Positions 9,644 through 19,279 of a stretch of DNA of 47,857 bases are shown here, in pieces; positions within the stretch are counted from its first letter, which is position 1; each line of letters starts with the position of its first letter. The notes below the pieces were generated by a model that saw only the letters and a program-made list of their open reading frames with translations, was not told the origin of the DNA and did no database searches. A program made the position numbers and the translations under genes. The DNA comes from a virus (lineage: Duplodnaviria; Caudoviricetes), in the IMG/VR virus record IMGVR_UViG_3300030385_001684, positions 1-47,857 of that record; one strand, written 5' to 3'.

Positions 9644-11707
9644 ATGTCCCAAGTATGGATTAAGGAGTTCATTGGAGGTCTTGATACCCGCCGGATGCCC
9701 GAAACGACGTCGGGCGGCGTGCTGATCGAGGCCACCGACGGCCACATCACGCGCGGCGGCGAGTTCGAGAAGCGCGCCTCCTTCGTCTCGACTTACGCCC
9801 TCCCCGCCGGCACGACCGGCATGTACGCGGACGCGGCGGGTCTTGTCGTCTTCGGCCACGATGTCGCTCCGACGATGCCGCTCGGTGTGCGCTATCAGCG
9901 CCTCCAGCACCCCGGGGGTACACTGGCACTGACCCGCGTGCTCTCCGAGGATCTCTACGCTGGCAAGGTCTACGCCGTCGGCGAGTTTGCGGATGGTAGC
10001 CGCCATCACTTTTATGACGGCGTGCGCGTTACTGACTGGTTCGACGGTCGCGCCCGCGCCCAGTTCCGGGTCGTCGACGGCGGTGTGACGCCACCGACGA
10101 AGGCCAGCGGCCGGTTCGAGGTCACGGGCGGAACCTCCAACCCCGGCGTCAACCGCGCAACCAGCATCACGATCGATGGCGTGACGATCACCGGGGGTCC
10201 GGTCAACCACACGGGGGACAACACGACGACGGCCACGGCGCTCGCAGGGTCGATCAACAGCCACACGTCAAGCCCCGACTACACGGCTACCGCCGTCGGC
10301 CAGGTCGTGACCGTTACGGCGGCGGCCACGGGACCGGCCGTCAACGGCAATTCAATCGTGGTGAACGTCGAAGGCGACGTGACCGGCGTGAATATCTCAC
10401 TCATGGCGGGCGGCGCCGACGCGGCGACGTCGCGGTTGGAAAGCCTCCAGGTCAATGGCGTGTCGATCATCGCATCCGGTGTGGACTGGGACACCAGCAA
10501 TAACGTGACCGCGAGTGCGATCGCAGCGGCGATCAACAGCTTCACGTCTTCGCCGGACTACACCGCGACCGTCAATGACGCGGCTGTCAACATCGTGGCG
10601 GCTACAGCAGGCGCCGCCCCTAACGGCTACCCTGTCACAGCCAGCGTATCCAACGGCCTTCTTCTGTCTCCGTCCACGGGGCTTCAGATGGCGAACGGCG
10701 CGGACGGCGGCTTCACGCCCGGCGCGTTCGTCAAGACGATCGGCTCGAAGGTCTATTCGACGTCCGGCCCGAACATGCACTATTCGGGCATCAAGGAGCC
10801 GACGAAGTGGACGACCGAGACGACCGGCGCGGGCTTCGTCGATATGTCCTCGGAGACGTCCGGCTCGGAGGAATTGACGGCGCTCGCCAAGTACCAGGAC
10901 TTCGTGGCCGTCTTCGCCGAGCGCGTCATCCAGATTTGGGTCGTCGACCCGGACCCGGCGAACAACGCCCAGGCCCAGGTGCTGAACAACACCGGCACGG
11001 CCAGCCCGCGCTCCGTGACGCAGTTCGGCGACGCCGACCTGTTCTACCTGAACGAGACCGGCCTGCGCTCGCTGCGGGCACGCGATAGCTCGAACGCCGC
11101 GGCGACCGAGGACATCGGCGTTCCCGTCGACACGCTGATCTCGGCCGCACTGAACGGACTGACCGACAACGAGCGCGCCGAGATCAATGGCGCGATCGAG
11201 CCGCGCGACGGCCGGTTCTGGCTGTCGATCAAGGACACGATCTTCGTCTTCTCCTATTTCAGCGGAGCGAAAGTCAGCGCATGGTCGACCTACAAGCCCG
11301 GTTTCGATGTCGAGCGGCTCGTCCCGTTCCGGCGCCGCATGTTCGTCCGGTCCGGCGATACAATCTACGCTTATGGCGGCCTCAGCGACACGCCGGTCCA
11401 CGACGACACGGTCGCCGTGGCGCGCATCCCGTATCTCGACGCGAACGAGCCGACCCGGAAGAAGCATCTGAAGGGCTTCGACGCCGCGGTCGATGGCGAC
11501 TGGGAGTTCTTCGTCGGGATGGACCCGCGCGATCTCGCGACGCTCGACAAGATCGGCGTGCTGGCCGAGACCAGCTACAGCCACGGCACGGTCGGGCTGT
11601 ACGCCGAGGCCACCCATTTCAGCATCCTGGCGCGCACGACCGGCGATGGGCCGGCGCGGCTCGGCGCCATGGTGATCCACTTCGAGGGCGACGGCGATGC
11701 GGACTGA
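9644..11707 (+). CDS. Tail nozzle (tail tubular protein B/P22 gp10-like)
   Basis: FIGGLD start, beta-propeller-like composition, VSAWS motif; carries an inserted duplicated domain. Confidence 0.8.
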   Translation: MSQVWIKEFIGGLDTRRMPETTSGGVLIEATDGHITRGGEFEKRASFVSTYALPAGTTGMYADAAGLVVFGHDVAPTMPLGVRYQRLQHPGGTLALTRVLSEDLYAGKVYAVGEFADGSRHHFYDGVRVTDWFDGRARAQFRVVDGGVTPPTKASGRFEVTGGTSNPGVNRATSITIDGVTITGGPVNHTGDNTTTATALAGSINSHTSSPDYTATAVGQVVTVTAAATGPAVNGNSIVVNVEGDVTGVNISLMAGGADAATSRLESLQVNGVSIIASGVDWDTSNNVTASAIAAAINSFTSSPDYTATVNDAAVNIVAATAGAAPNGYPVTASVSNGLLLSPSTGLQMANGADGGFTPGAFVKTIGSKVYSTSGPNMHYSGIKEPTKWTTETTGAGFVDMSSETSGSEELTALAKYQDFVAVFAERVIQIWVVDPDPANNAQAQVLNNTGTASPRSVTQFGDADLFYLNETGLRSLRARDSSNAAATEDIGVPVDTLISAALNGLTDNERAEINGAIEPRDGRFWLSIKDTIFVFSYFSGAKVSAWSTYKPGFDVERLVPFRRRMFVRSGDTIYAYGGLSDTPVHDDTVAVARIPYLDANEPTRKKHLKGFDAAVDGDWEFFVGMDPRDLATLDKIGVLAETSYSHGTVGLYAEATHFSILARTTGDGPARLGAMVIHFEGDGDAD

Positions 11708-11870
11708 ACCATCACCCAGAGTTAAAGCCATGCTGCGCGCTTTCGCGCAGAAGCAACGCGAGGAGCACGGCGAGGACTGGAAGGAGAAGTTCGCCGCCAA
11801 GATGGCTGAACAGACCTCACCGGTGATCGAGAAGCTGCTGGAATTGCGGGATCGTAGCCGTGCGAATTGA
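11697..11870 (+). CDS. Small hypothetical protein (57 aa, not in ORF track)
   Basis: MRTEPSPRVKAMLRAFAQKQREEHGEDWKEKF...; overlaps both neighbours. Confidence 0.5.
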   Translation: MRTEPSPRVKAMLRAFAQKQREEHGEDWKEKFAAKMAEQTSPVIEKLLELRDRSRAN

Positions 11871-12336
11871 GGGCGCGACACGCCGCGACGTGGAGGCGGT
11901 CGTGCGATCGATGCGGGATCGCGACGTCGACGAGTTCATGGCGGTCTCGTCGGCTGCGACACGCGACGAACTGAACTACAGCCTGATCAAACGCTATGGC
12001 AGCAACCCGGATGCGCTGTGCGTCAGCAAGTCCGGCGTCCCGATCGGCGTCGGCGCGATGATCGAGGCCCGGCCGAACGTGGCGACGCTGCTGTTCTTCG
12101 CGAACTACCTGTTCCCGCAGGTCGCGATCGGGCTGACGCGCTTTATCCGCGGCAACCTGTTCCCGCGCTACCGGGGCGCCGGCGTCCACCGGATCGAGTG
12201 CGTGTCGATGGATGGGTACGCCGAGGCCCATCGCTGGATCGGGCTGCTTGGCCTGAAGCACGAAGCGACGATGCCGGGCTACGGCCGCGACGGCCAGACA
12301 TTCCACCAATTCGCATGGGTCAAGGGAGACGAGTGA
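11860..12336 (+). CDS. GNAT-fold virion assembly protein (T7 gp13-like)
   Basis: MRDRDVDEF, AHRWIGLLG, GYGRDGQTFHQF; between nozzle and ejection genes. Confidence 0.65.
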   Translation: MRIEGATRRDVEAVVRSMRDRDVDEFMAVSSAATRDELNYSLIKRYGSNPDALCVSKSGVPIGVGAMIEARPNVATLLFFANYLFPQVAIGLTRFIRGNLFPRYRGAGVHRIECVSMDGYAEAHRWIGLLGLKHEATMPGYGRDGQTFHQFAWVKGDE

Positions 12337-12590
12337 TGACCGAACGCAAAGCATGGCACTGCACAGGCTGTGGCAAGACGCACGCCCCGCATGTGGACAC
12401 GTGCCCCGAGCCGGTGGCCGCCAACGGTTTGCCTTTGCCCGGGAGCCCGTATGTATCGCCGCGCAAGACATTCTGGGCCGATCCGGTTCCTTGCGGCACG
12501 GCGCCGCGCAACCCTGGCGAACTGTTCACTCGGTTGGCAGGCGGTGTGGTGAAGGACGACCCCGACCACAAGATGCGCTACTACCCCTGA
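12336..12590 (+). CDS. Small zinc-ribbon protein
   Basis: WHCTGCGKTHAPHVDTCP; TGATG coupling at both ends. Confidence 0.6.
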   Translation: MTERKAWHCTGCGKTHAPHVDTCPEPVAANGLPLPGSPYVSPRKTFWADPVPCGTAPRNPGELFTRLAGGVVKDDPDHKMRYYP

Positions 12591-13045
12591 TGTTCGTCCG
12601 CCTCGCCCTTGAAGACGAAGTCGAGACGATCGTCGAGCTCACCCGGCGCAACGTCGAGGAGACGAAGCCGGGCGAGCCGTTCGACGCCGATCGCGTTCGT
12701 CAGGTCTTCTTCAGATACATCGACGGCGCTCACACCACGGTCTGGGTCGTCGAGGACAAACGGCAGATCATTGGCTTCGGCCATGCCGGTTTCAGCCCGT
12801 ATGACTACAGGGCTGGCTTTTTTGCCGTGCAGAAAGTAATCTACGTGGTGCCGGAAAAACGCGGAACTCGGGCAGCCGTCCTTCTCGCCAAGGAACAGAT
12901 CGCATGGGCCACCAGGCTCGGAGCGGATCGGCTCATTGGCGGCAACGACAACAGCTTCAACACGGATCGAACCACAAAATTCCTCGAGCACTTCGGCTTC
13001 GAGCGGGTGGGATCGGCGATGGTGAAGCGGCTGACCGGGACATGA
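12590..13045 (+). CDS. GNAT family acetyltransferase
   Basis: IYVVPEKRGTRAA acetyl-CoA loop and FLEHFGFERVG. Confidence 0.85.
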   Translation: MFVRLALEDEVETIVELTRRNVEETKPGEPFDADRVRQVFFRYIDGAHTTVWVVEDKRQIIGFGHAGFSPYDYRAGFFAVQKVIYVVPEKRGTRAAVLLAKEQIAWATRLGADRLIGGNDNSFNTDRTTKFLEHFGFERVGSAMVKRLTGT

Positions 13046-13048
13046 CCG

Positions 13049-13678
13049 ATGGGCGGCACCTTTCTCGACGACGATAGCGACAAGGTTGCGGCGCGAGCGC
13101 GCAAGGAAGAAGAGATCCGCCAGCAGCGCATCCGCGACGGAACGATGCGCGTCAACAGCATCTTCGACAGCCAGTTCAACGACGACTATTTCGCCAAGCA
13201 GCGCGACGCCTATTCGACGTATGCGACGCCGCAGCTGGAGGACCAGTACGCCGACGCGCAGAAGCAGCTGACCTTCGCTCTGGCCCGGTCGGGCACGCTG
13301 GACAGTTCGACCCGCGCCGAGAAGGCCGCCGAACTCCAGAAGCTCTACGACACACAGAAGCAGAGCGTCGGCGACACCGCGCTGAACTACGAGAGCCAGA
13401 CACGCAACGCGGTCGAGGACGCGCGGGCGAACCTGCTGTCGACGCTGAACGCATCGGGCGACGCATCCGGCGCCGTCAACTCGGCCCTGTCCCGTTCCCA
13501 GATGCTCGCCAAGCCGCAGACCTACAGCCCGCTCGTCGGCCTGTTCGACGCTTTCTCGTCCGGTCTGGGCGCGCAGGCGGCGCAGGAACGCGCGGCGTCT
13601 CTCAGCGGTGGCGCGATCAAGCCGAAATACTCGACGGGGCTGTTCGACACACCGACCTCGTCGGTCGTGACGCGATAA
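13049..13678 (+). CDS. Internal virion (ejection) protein
   Basis: MGG start, Ala/Gln-rich helical sequence, LARSG motif, position in the module. Confidence 0.7.
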   Translation: MGGTFLDDDSDKVAARARKEEEIRQQRIRDGTMRVNSIFDSQFNDDYFAKQRDAYSTYATPQLEDQYADAQKQLTFALARSGTLDSSTRAEKAAELQKLYDTQKQSVGDTALNYESQTRNAVEDARANLLSTLNASGDASGAVNSALSRSQMLAKPQTYSPLVGLFDAFSSGLGAQAAQERAASLSGGAIKPKYSTGLFDTPTSSVVTR

Positions 13679-14163
13679 TGAAGACGTGCAGCAAGTGCGG
13701 CGAAGCGCACCCGACGGAGTTCTTCAACAAGGACCGCACCCGCGACGACGGGCTGCATCCGTGGTGCAAAACTTGCTCGCGCGCCGCCTGTCGCCGGACG
13801 TACAAGAAGCACCGCCCGAGCCACATGGCGACGAAGCAGCGGTGGAAGCGGGAAAACGCTGACCGGCTGCCTGAGATAAACAGACAGTGGCGGCTCGCGA
13901 ACCCAGATAAGGTGCGGGCCGGGGCGGCGCGTTACCGCGAGCGGATAAGGCGCGCAACGCCGCCATGGGCGGACGTGGCCGAGATCAAGGCTTTCTACGA
14001 CCGGCGCCCGGAGGGGCACCACGTCGATCACATTCACCCACTGGCGGGCGCGAACTTCTGCGGCCTGAACGTGATGTGGAACCTTCAATACCTACCGGCG
14101 GCGGAACACCGCAAGAAAGGGACAAAGCTGTTGGCGGCGTCCGGAGGGTGCGACAATCTGTGA
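13678..14163 (+). CDS. HNH homing endonuclease with N-terminal zinc ribbon
   Basis: CSKC...CKTC, ATPPWAD, HHVDHIHPL...GLNVMWNLQYL. Confidence 0.88.
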   Translation: MKTCSKCGEAHPTEFFNKDRTRDDGLHPWCKTCSRAACRRTYKKHRPSHMATKQRWKRENADRLPEINRQWRLANPDKVRAGAARYRERIRRATPPWADVAEIKAFYDRRPEGHHVDHIHPLAGANFCGLNVMWNLQYLPAAEHRKKGTKLLAASGGCDNL

Positions 14164-14857
14164 CCCCATGACCCTCGCCGGCGTTGCCCTTTCGGGCGCG
14201 TCGATCGCCGCGAACTCCTTCGCGTCCAGCAAGGCCCAGAAGGCCCAGGCTCAGGCAATGGCGGCCGAACAGGATCGCCAGCGCGGGCTCGAGGCGGAAG
14301 CCGCCGCGCTGAACACGCAGTCGCAGGACCGCTTTCAGGACTTCGGCGGCCAGCAGGAGGAAAAGGCGACCTCGCTCGCCGACTACTTCCAGTCCGCGCC
14401 GATCGACGCGGGCGACGCCAACGCTTCGTCCGCGCTGCCGCGGTCCACGTCGAACATCACGATCGCCGAGGAGGGCAAGCAGCGCTCCGACGCGCGGGAC
14501 TTCACGAACACACAGGGCGCCGCGCTCGGTCAGGTCCGGTCCTTCGGCGATCTGCTGGGCGGCATCAGCCGCGAGCAGGCCCGCGACGCCGGGCAGATCG
14601 GCCAGATTGGCGGCTTCATGCGCGGGTCGGCCTCGATGCTGCCCTACGAGATGGAAGCGGCTGGGCAGGCTGGCAACGGCCTGAAGATGTTCGGTGATGT
14701 GCTGGGTGGGCTCGGCAGTATCACGACAAACGCGGGGCTGTCCGGCAAGAGCTTGAGTACGTCGCCCTTCGGCACTAGCGCGGACCCGTGGGAGGGTGCG
14801 CGGCAGGCCGGCGACAAGGTTCGCAAGTCCGTCGGCCTCGGTTTGTATTACGGCTAG
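14156..14857 (+). CDS. Internal virion (ejection) protein; possible ATC start, first ATG at 14168
   Basis: GGAGG 8 nt before ATC-TGT-GAC-CCC-ATG, giving (M)CDPMTLAGVAL; Gly/Ala/Gln-rich. Confidence 0.75.
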   Translation: MCDPMTLAGVALSGASIAANSFASSKAQKAQAQAMAAEQDRQRGLEAEAAALNTQSQDRFQDFGGQQEEKATSLADYFQSAPIDAGDANASSALPRSTSNITIAEEGKQRSDARDFTNTQGAALGQVRSFGDLLGGISREQARDAGQIGQIGGFMRGSASMLPYEMEAAGQAGNGLKMFGDVLGGLGSITTNAGLSGKSLSTSPFGTSADPWEGARQAGDKVRKSVGLGLYYG

Positions 14858-14867
14858 GAGCGCTTGA

Positions 14868-16376
14868 ATGCCCATCTATAACAACCCCGCGATCGGGCAG
14901 AGCTTCGAGCGCATCGCCGGCATGTTCGCGCCGCCGTCCGGTGCCGAAGCCGCCGGCTGGGCCGCCGCCAATGCGAAGAACGCCGAGGCCAAGCGCCTCG
15001 CCGACTTCTTCTCGCTGACGCAGGATCCGAACGCCGACTGGAGCCGGATCGACCGGATGGGCGTGGGCGCCGGCGCGTTCGTGCCGACCCAGACGATGCG
15101 ATCCGTCGAGATGGACGACGCAACGAAGCGCTACGGCGTCGATGTCGGCGCCACGACTTCACGTGCGAACAACGCCGCGACCGTGGCCGGTGGGATCGAA
15201 CAGCAGAAGCTGTCCAGCCTCGCCGGGCTGTTCGGCCCGCTGTCCGAAGGTCAGGTTCGGCCGGAACTCCCCGCCGAGATCGCCGGCATGTACGGCGCCT
15301 CGGGCGCCTTGCCGCAGGCCGACGGCCGCGCGTCGCCGCTGTCGACCGACGAAGTGCTGGCGCAGGCCATTCTCGGTCAGGGGCCGGGCGTGGCGCAGCA
15401 GTATGCCGCCGACAAGTTCGCCCCGAGCGAGACACAGGTGAAGGGCCGGATCGTGCAGGGCCTGCCCGAGACCGATCAGCGCGATCTGGCGCTCGGCGAC
15501 ATCCCGATCGAGCAGATCATCGCCGAGGACGGCGTCAGCCCGGTCTATGTCCGGCGCCCCGACGCCGTCGGCCAGACCCCGTTCATCAACAAGGGCGCCG
15601 AGGCCAAGCCGACAAACGGTCTGGCCGTGCTGCCGGACGGCAGCCGCGTGCCCGCAATTCAGGGGCCGGATGGTCGTTGGGCGGACGCTCAGACGGGCCA
15701 GCCGCTCCCCGCCGGCATCCAGGTCTTCGACATGCCGAAGCCCACCGGAACGAACGAGGAAGTCGGGCTCGGGACGAAGACGAACCTGACGCGCGCCCAG
15801 GCGCTTCGGGCCACCGTCTCGAACACGAACGGGCTGGTCAACGAGATCGAACAGACGATCAAGAGCAACCCGGCCGCGTCCGGCATGGCCGCCGGCGTCC
15901 TGAGCTTCGCGCAGGATGCCCGCCAGGTCGTGTCCGAGTTCTCGCAGTCCTTCGGCGGCGACGCCAACTCGATCGTCACGCCCGATCAGCTGAACGGGAT
16001 CGTCGACCGGGTGCTGCCGCCCAACCAGGCCTACAACCCGGTCTACCGGAAGGTTCGCGCCCAGCTGCTGGAGCTCGCCTACGCGAACGCCAAGCTGAAC
16101 AACCCGGACGGCGAGGTCTCGCGTTTCGCCCTGGAGCGGGAACTGGACGCGCTCGGTCAGGGCGTCGTCGGCAACGATCAGGGCGTTCTGGCCGTGCTGG
16201 ACGTCGCGCGCGATCGGATGCGCCGGGCTCTCGGCACCGCCGAGACGCTGACCGGCGAGCGCGCCCCGCTGACGCCCGACCAGATCGGCACGGGCACATC
16301 GGCCGAGCCGGCGCCCGCCGCATCGGGCGGCGCGCGGCGCCTGCGCTACAACCCCGCCACCGGAGCGCTGGAATGA
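14868..16376 (+). CDS. Internal virion (ejection) protein
   Basis: 502 aa, SD AGGAG, C-terminal RYNPATGALE, located in the ejection block. Confidence 0.7.
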   Translation: MPIYNNPAIGQSFERIAGMFAPPSGAEAAGWAAANAKNAEAKRLADFFSLTQDPNADWSRIDRMGVGAGAFVPTQTMRSVEMDDATKRYGVDVGATTSRANNAATVAGGIEQQKLSSLAGLFGPLSEGQVRPELPAEIAGMYGASGALPQADGRASPLSTDEVLAQAILGQGPGVAQQYAADKFAPSETQVKGRIVQGLPETDQRDLALGDIPIEQIIAEDGVSPVYVRRPDAVGQTPFINKGAEAKPTNGLAVLPDGSRVPAIQGPDGRWADAQTGQPLPAGIQVFDMPKPTGTNEEVGLGTKTNLTRAQALRATVSNTNGLVNEIEQTIKSNPAASGMAAGVLSFAQDARQVVSEFSQSFGGDANSIVTPDQLNGIVDRVLPPNQAYNPVYRKVRAQLLELAYANAKLNNPDGEVSRFALERELDALGQGVVGNDQGVLAVLDVARDRMRRALGTAETLTGERAPLTPDQIGTGTSAEPAPAASGGARRLRYNPATGALE

Positions 16377-19279
16377 TCGAAGTCGAGGCACCGGACGGCA
16401 CCATCGTCGAGTTCCCCGAGGGCACGCCCCCGGAGGTGATGCAGCGCGTCATGCGGCAGCAGTTCGGCGGCCCGGAAGCACCGGCAACCGAAGTGGCCGC
16501 ACCGGCCGACGGCTTCACGCCCTCGCCGGCCCCGCAGATGCCCGATGAATGGGATCGCACGCCCGCGGTTCCCAGCCGCGGCGCCGGCGGCTACGCGATC
16601 GACACCGGCCTGATCGCCTCCGAGGGCGCCCGCAAGGGCATGTCCGCGATCCTTGGCGCCCCGGTCGACATGGTGAACGCCGCGCCGATGCTGGCGAACC
16701 TGCTGCCCGGCGTCGACGGTGTCGGCCCGATCAGCGACAAGCCGGTCGGCGGAAGCCAGTTCGTGGACGCCATCATGTCCGGCTTCGGGCTGGTCAAGCC
16801 GGCCCCCGAACCCCAGGACGCCATGCAGCGCGTTGCGGGCCGCGTCGGCGCCGAGGTCGGCGCGACGATCCCGTTCGTCGGCGCCGGCGGCATCATTGCG
16901 CGCAAGGGCGTCGATGCCGTGCGTGAGATGGGACCGATCGCCCGCACTTTCGGCGAACCAATGGCCGTCGCCCCGGCGCGGACAGTCGGGCGCGAGGCGG
17001 CCTATGCGCTCGGCGCCGGTGCCGGCGCAGGCGTCAGCAACGAGATCGCGGGCAACGAACAGTTCGGCGACAACTTCTGGTCCGACTTCATCGGTTCGTT
17101 GGCCGGCGCCACCGCCGTCGGCACGACGAACGCAGCCCTCGGCGCGGTCGGCAACGTGGTCGGCGGCGCCACCGGCTCGCCGAGCTTCGTCGACGACGTG
17201 GCCGGCGAGGACGTGGCGCTGCGTCTGGCGGCCAGTTCCACCGAACTCGCCGAGCAGTTCGCGGCCAACGGCGGCAAGCCGGTCGATGCGCGCGGGCTCG
17301 CCACCAAGCTGCGCCGCCCGTCCGAAGTCGAGCAGGTCGTGCCCGGCTACAAGGCGAACATCGCCGACCGATCGGGCGATCCCGGCATGGCGACCTTCGC
17401 CTTTAACCAGGACGGCATCTCGCCGGGCGCCGCGAACTCGCGCCGCGCCAGCAACACGCGCGCGATCAACGACCGGATGGAGGGCTTCGCGCCGGGCGGC
17501 GACCCCGCGCTGTTCCGGGCCGAACTGGACGCGGCGCGCGACGCCCGCATCGCGCAGGCCTCCGACGAGGTCGACGTGGCCCGCATTGCCTTCGACGACA
17601 TCATGCAGAAGGTCGAACCGGGCATGACCGACGCGACGGCGCGCGGCTCGTCGCTGCGCGGCGCGCTGGCCGACCGCTACGCCACCGAACAGGACAAGGT
17701 CCGGCAGGCCTACCAGCCGATCAACGAAGCGACCGTGCCGGTCGACGTGGCGCCGCTGGCGTCGCGCTTCGAGGAGACCACCGGCGCGCTGCCGACGAAT
17801 GACCGCGAGCGCTTCATGCCGTCCGAGGCACGGATCCCGTCGCGTCTGGTCGAACCCGAAGCCCCGCCGTCGGAGAGCGCCATTCTTGGGCCGGACGGTC
17901 GCCCGCTGATGAAGCCGGGCACGCCGGCGCGCGGCGAAGTCCCGTTGAACGAGGTGACGTCGATCCGCGGCGGCCTGACGGACGACGTGCGCGCCGCTCG
18001 CGCCACGCCCGGCCAGGCGAACAAGGCACGCGTCACCGATCTGTACCGCAAGGAGGTCGACGACTTCGTCGATCAGGCGGTGCCGGCGGAACTGCGCGAG
18101 CAGCTTGATACCGCCCGCGCGACCCGCCGCGACGTCGCCGATCGGTTCGAGCGCCCGGGTACGGGCATTGCCGAAACGCTCCGCACCCGCGAAGGTGGCG
18201 GCTATGCGCTCGACGACAGCGCTGTTCCCGGACGCTTCGTCCAGCTCGACAGCGGGCGCGTGACCGACTTCCGCGCCATGATGCAGGAAGCCGGGGCGGA
18301 CCCACGCGCCCGCAACGCCGTCACGGATGAAGTCCTGGCGCGCGTGAAGACGCGCGGGCTGATCGACAAGCCGGAAGCGCTGGGCAAGTTCATCGACGAG
18401 AACAGCATCGTCCTCGCCGAGTTCCCGGACCTGAAGACCCAGCTGGCGGACGCCGGCGCGTCGCGCGCCGCGCTGTCGACCGCAGAGAAAGCCAGCGCCG
18501 ACGTCACGAAGCGCCTGACGACGCCCGGCAAGAGCGCGACGGCCTCCTACCTGAAGTTCGACGTCGAGGCGACGCGCGACGCGATCAACAACCTGACGCG
18601 TGGGCCGCAGCCGAAGAAGGCCGTGCAGGAATTGCTGAAGACCGTCGGCAACACGCCCGAGGCCCGCGAGAACCTGCGGACAGCCTTCTGGGACGTGGTG
18701 AAGGACGCCAAGAAGGTCGCCGCCGACGTGAACGGCGAGAAGCGCTGGAGCGTCAACGCGCTCGGCAAAATCTTCGACGACCCGAAGACCGCCGCCGTCG
18801 CTGATGAGCTCTGGGCCGACAACCCGCAGCAGCTGGCCGACATCAAGGAAGTGTTCGCCGCGCTCGCCAATGCCGAGGTCAGCGGCCGCGCCCGCGCCGC
18901 CGGATCGTCCGGCACCGGCCAGATCCTGAAGGGCGGCTACGACCCGTCGCTGTCGGCCACCTCGCTCGCCAGCCGGATGCGGAGCGTGAACCGCGGCCAG
19001 ATGACGCCAGGCATCGCCCTGATCGACATCGGGTCGACGTGGCTGCGGAACCGCTCGAAGCAGGTCCAGGCCCGCGCGATCGACGCGATCGCCAGCGCCG
19101 CGGTGAACAACCCGGAGATGGCGGCCGATCTGCTCGAGAAGTTCAACCCGGCCGACTTCGCCGCCAAGCGCCGGATGCTGACGCAGAAGTACGGCGTGCG
19201 GGCCACGCAGATCGTGAACCTCTTGGACGACGCGATGGCCGAGGATCCGACGATGGACGCGATCATGGAGGATCAGTGA
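16373..19279 (+). CDS. Large internal virion/DNA ejection protein
   Basis: Likely true start at ATG 16373 (MIEVEAPDGTIVEFPEGTP); about 968 aa, Ala-rich, helical. Confidence 0.78.
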   Translation: MIEVEAPDGTIVEFPEGTPPEVMQRVMRQQFGGPEAPATEVAAPADGFTPSPAPQMPDEWDRTPAVPSRGAGGYAIDTGLIASEGARKGMSAILGAPVDMVNAAPMLANLLPGVDGVGPISDKPVGGSQFVDAIMSGFGLVKPAPEPQDAMQRVAGRVGAEVGATIPFVGAGGIIARKGVDAVREMGPIARTFGEPMAVAPARTVGREAAYALGAGAGAGVSNEIAGNEQFGDNFWSDFIGSLAGATAVGTTNAALGAVGNVVGGATGSPSFVDDVAGEDVALRLAASSTELAEQFAANGGKPVDARGLATKLRRPSEVEQVVPGYKANIADRSGDPGMATFAFNQDGISPGAANSRRASNTRAINDRMEGFAPGGDPALFRAELDAARDARIAQASDEVDVARIAFDDIMQKVEPGMTDATARGSSLRGALADRYATEQDKVRQAYQPINEATVPVDVAPLASRFEETTGALPTNDRERFMPSEARIPSRLVEPEAPPSESAILGPDGRPLMKPGTPARGEVPLNEVTSIRGGLTDDVRAARATPGQANKARVTDLYRKEVDDFVDQAVPAELREQLDTARATRRDVADRFERPGTGIAETLRTREGGGYALDDSAVPGRFVQLDSGRVTDFRAMMQEAGADPRARNAVTDEVLARVKTRGLIDKPEALGKFIDENSIVLAEFPDLKTQLADAGASRAALSTAEKASADVTKRLTTPGKSATASYLKFDVEATRDAINNLTRGPQPKKAVQELLKTVGNTPEARENLRTAFWDVVKDAKKVAADVNGEKRWSVNALGKIFDDPKTAAVADELWADNPQQLADIKEVFAALANAEVSGRARAAGSSGTGQILKGGYDPSLSATSLASRMRSVNRGQMTPGIALIDIGSTWLRNRSKQVQARAIDAIASAAVNNPEMAADLLEKFNPADFAAKRRMLTQKYGVRATQIVNLLDDAMAEDPTMDAIMEDQ

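Noticed and set aside
2869-11881. Long minus-strand ORFs (2869-4818, 6388-7599, 7750-9750, 10397-11881)
   Set aside because: Antisense shadows of high-GC3 genes, with no motifs or SD sequences
15677-16372. 5' extension of the 1200-aa ORF, and similar extensions at 25297, 28908 and 30721
   Set aside because: Arg/Pro-rich off-frame overlaps of upstream genes; coupled starts exist at 16373, 26116, 29151 and 31606
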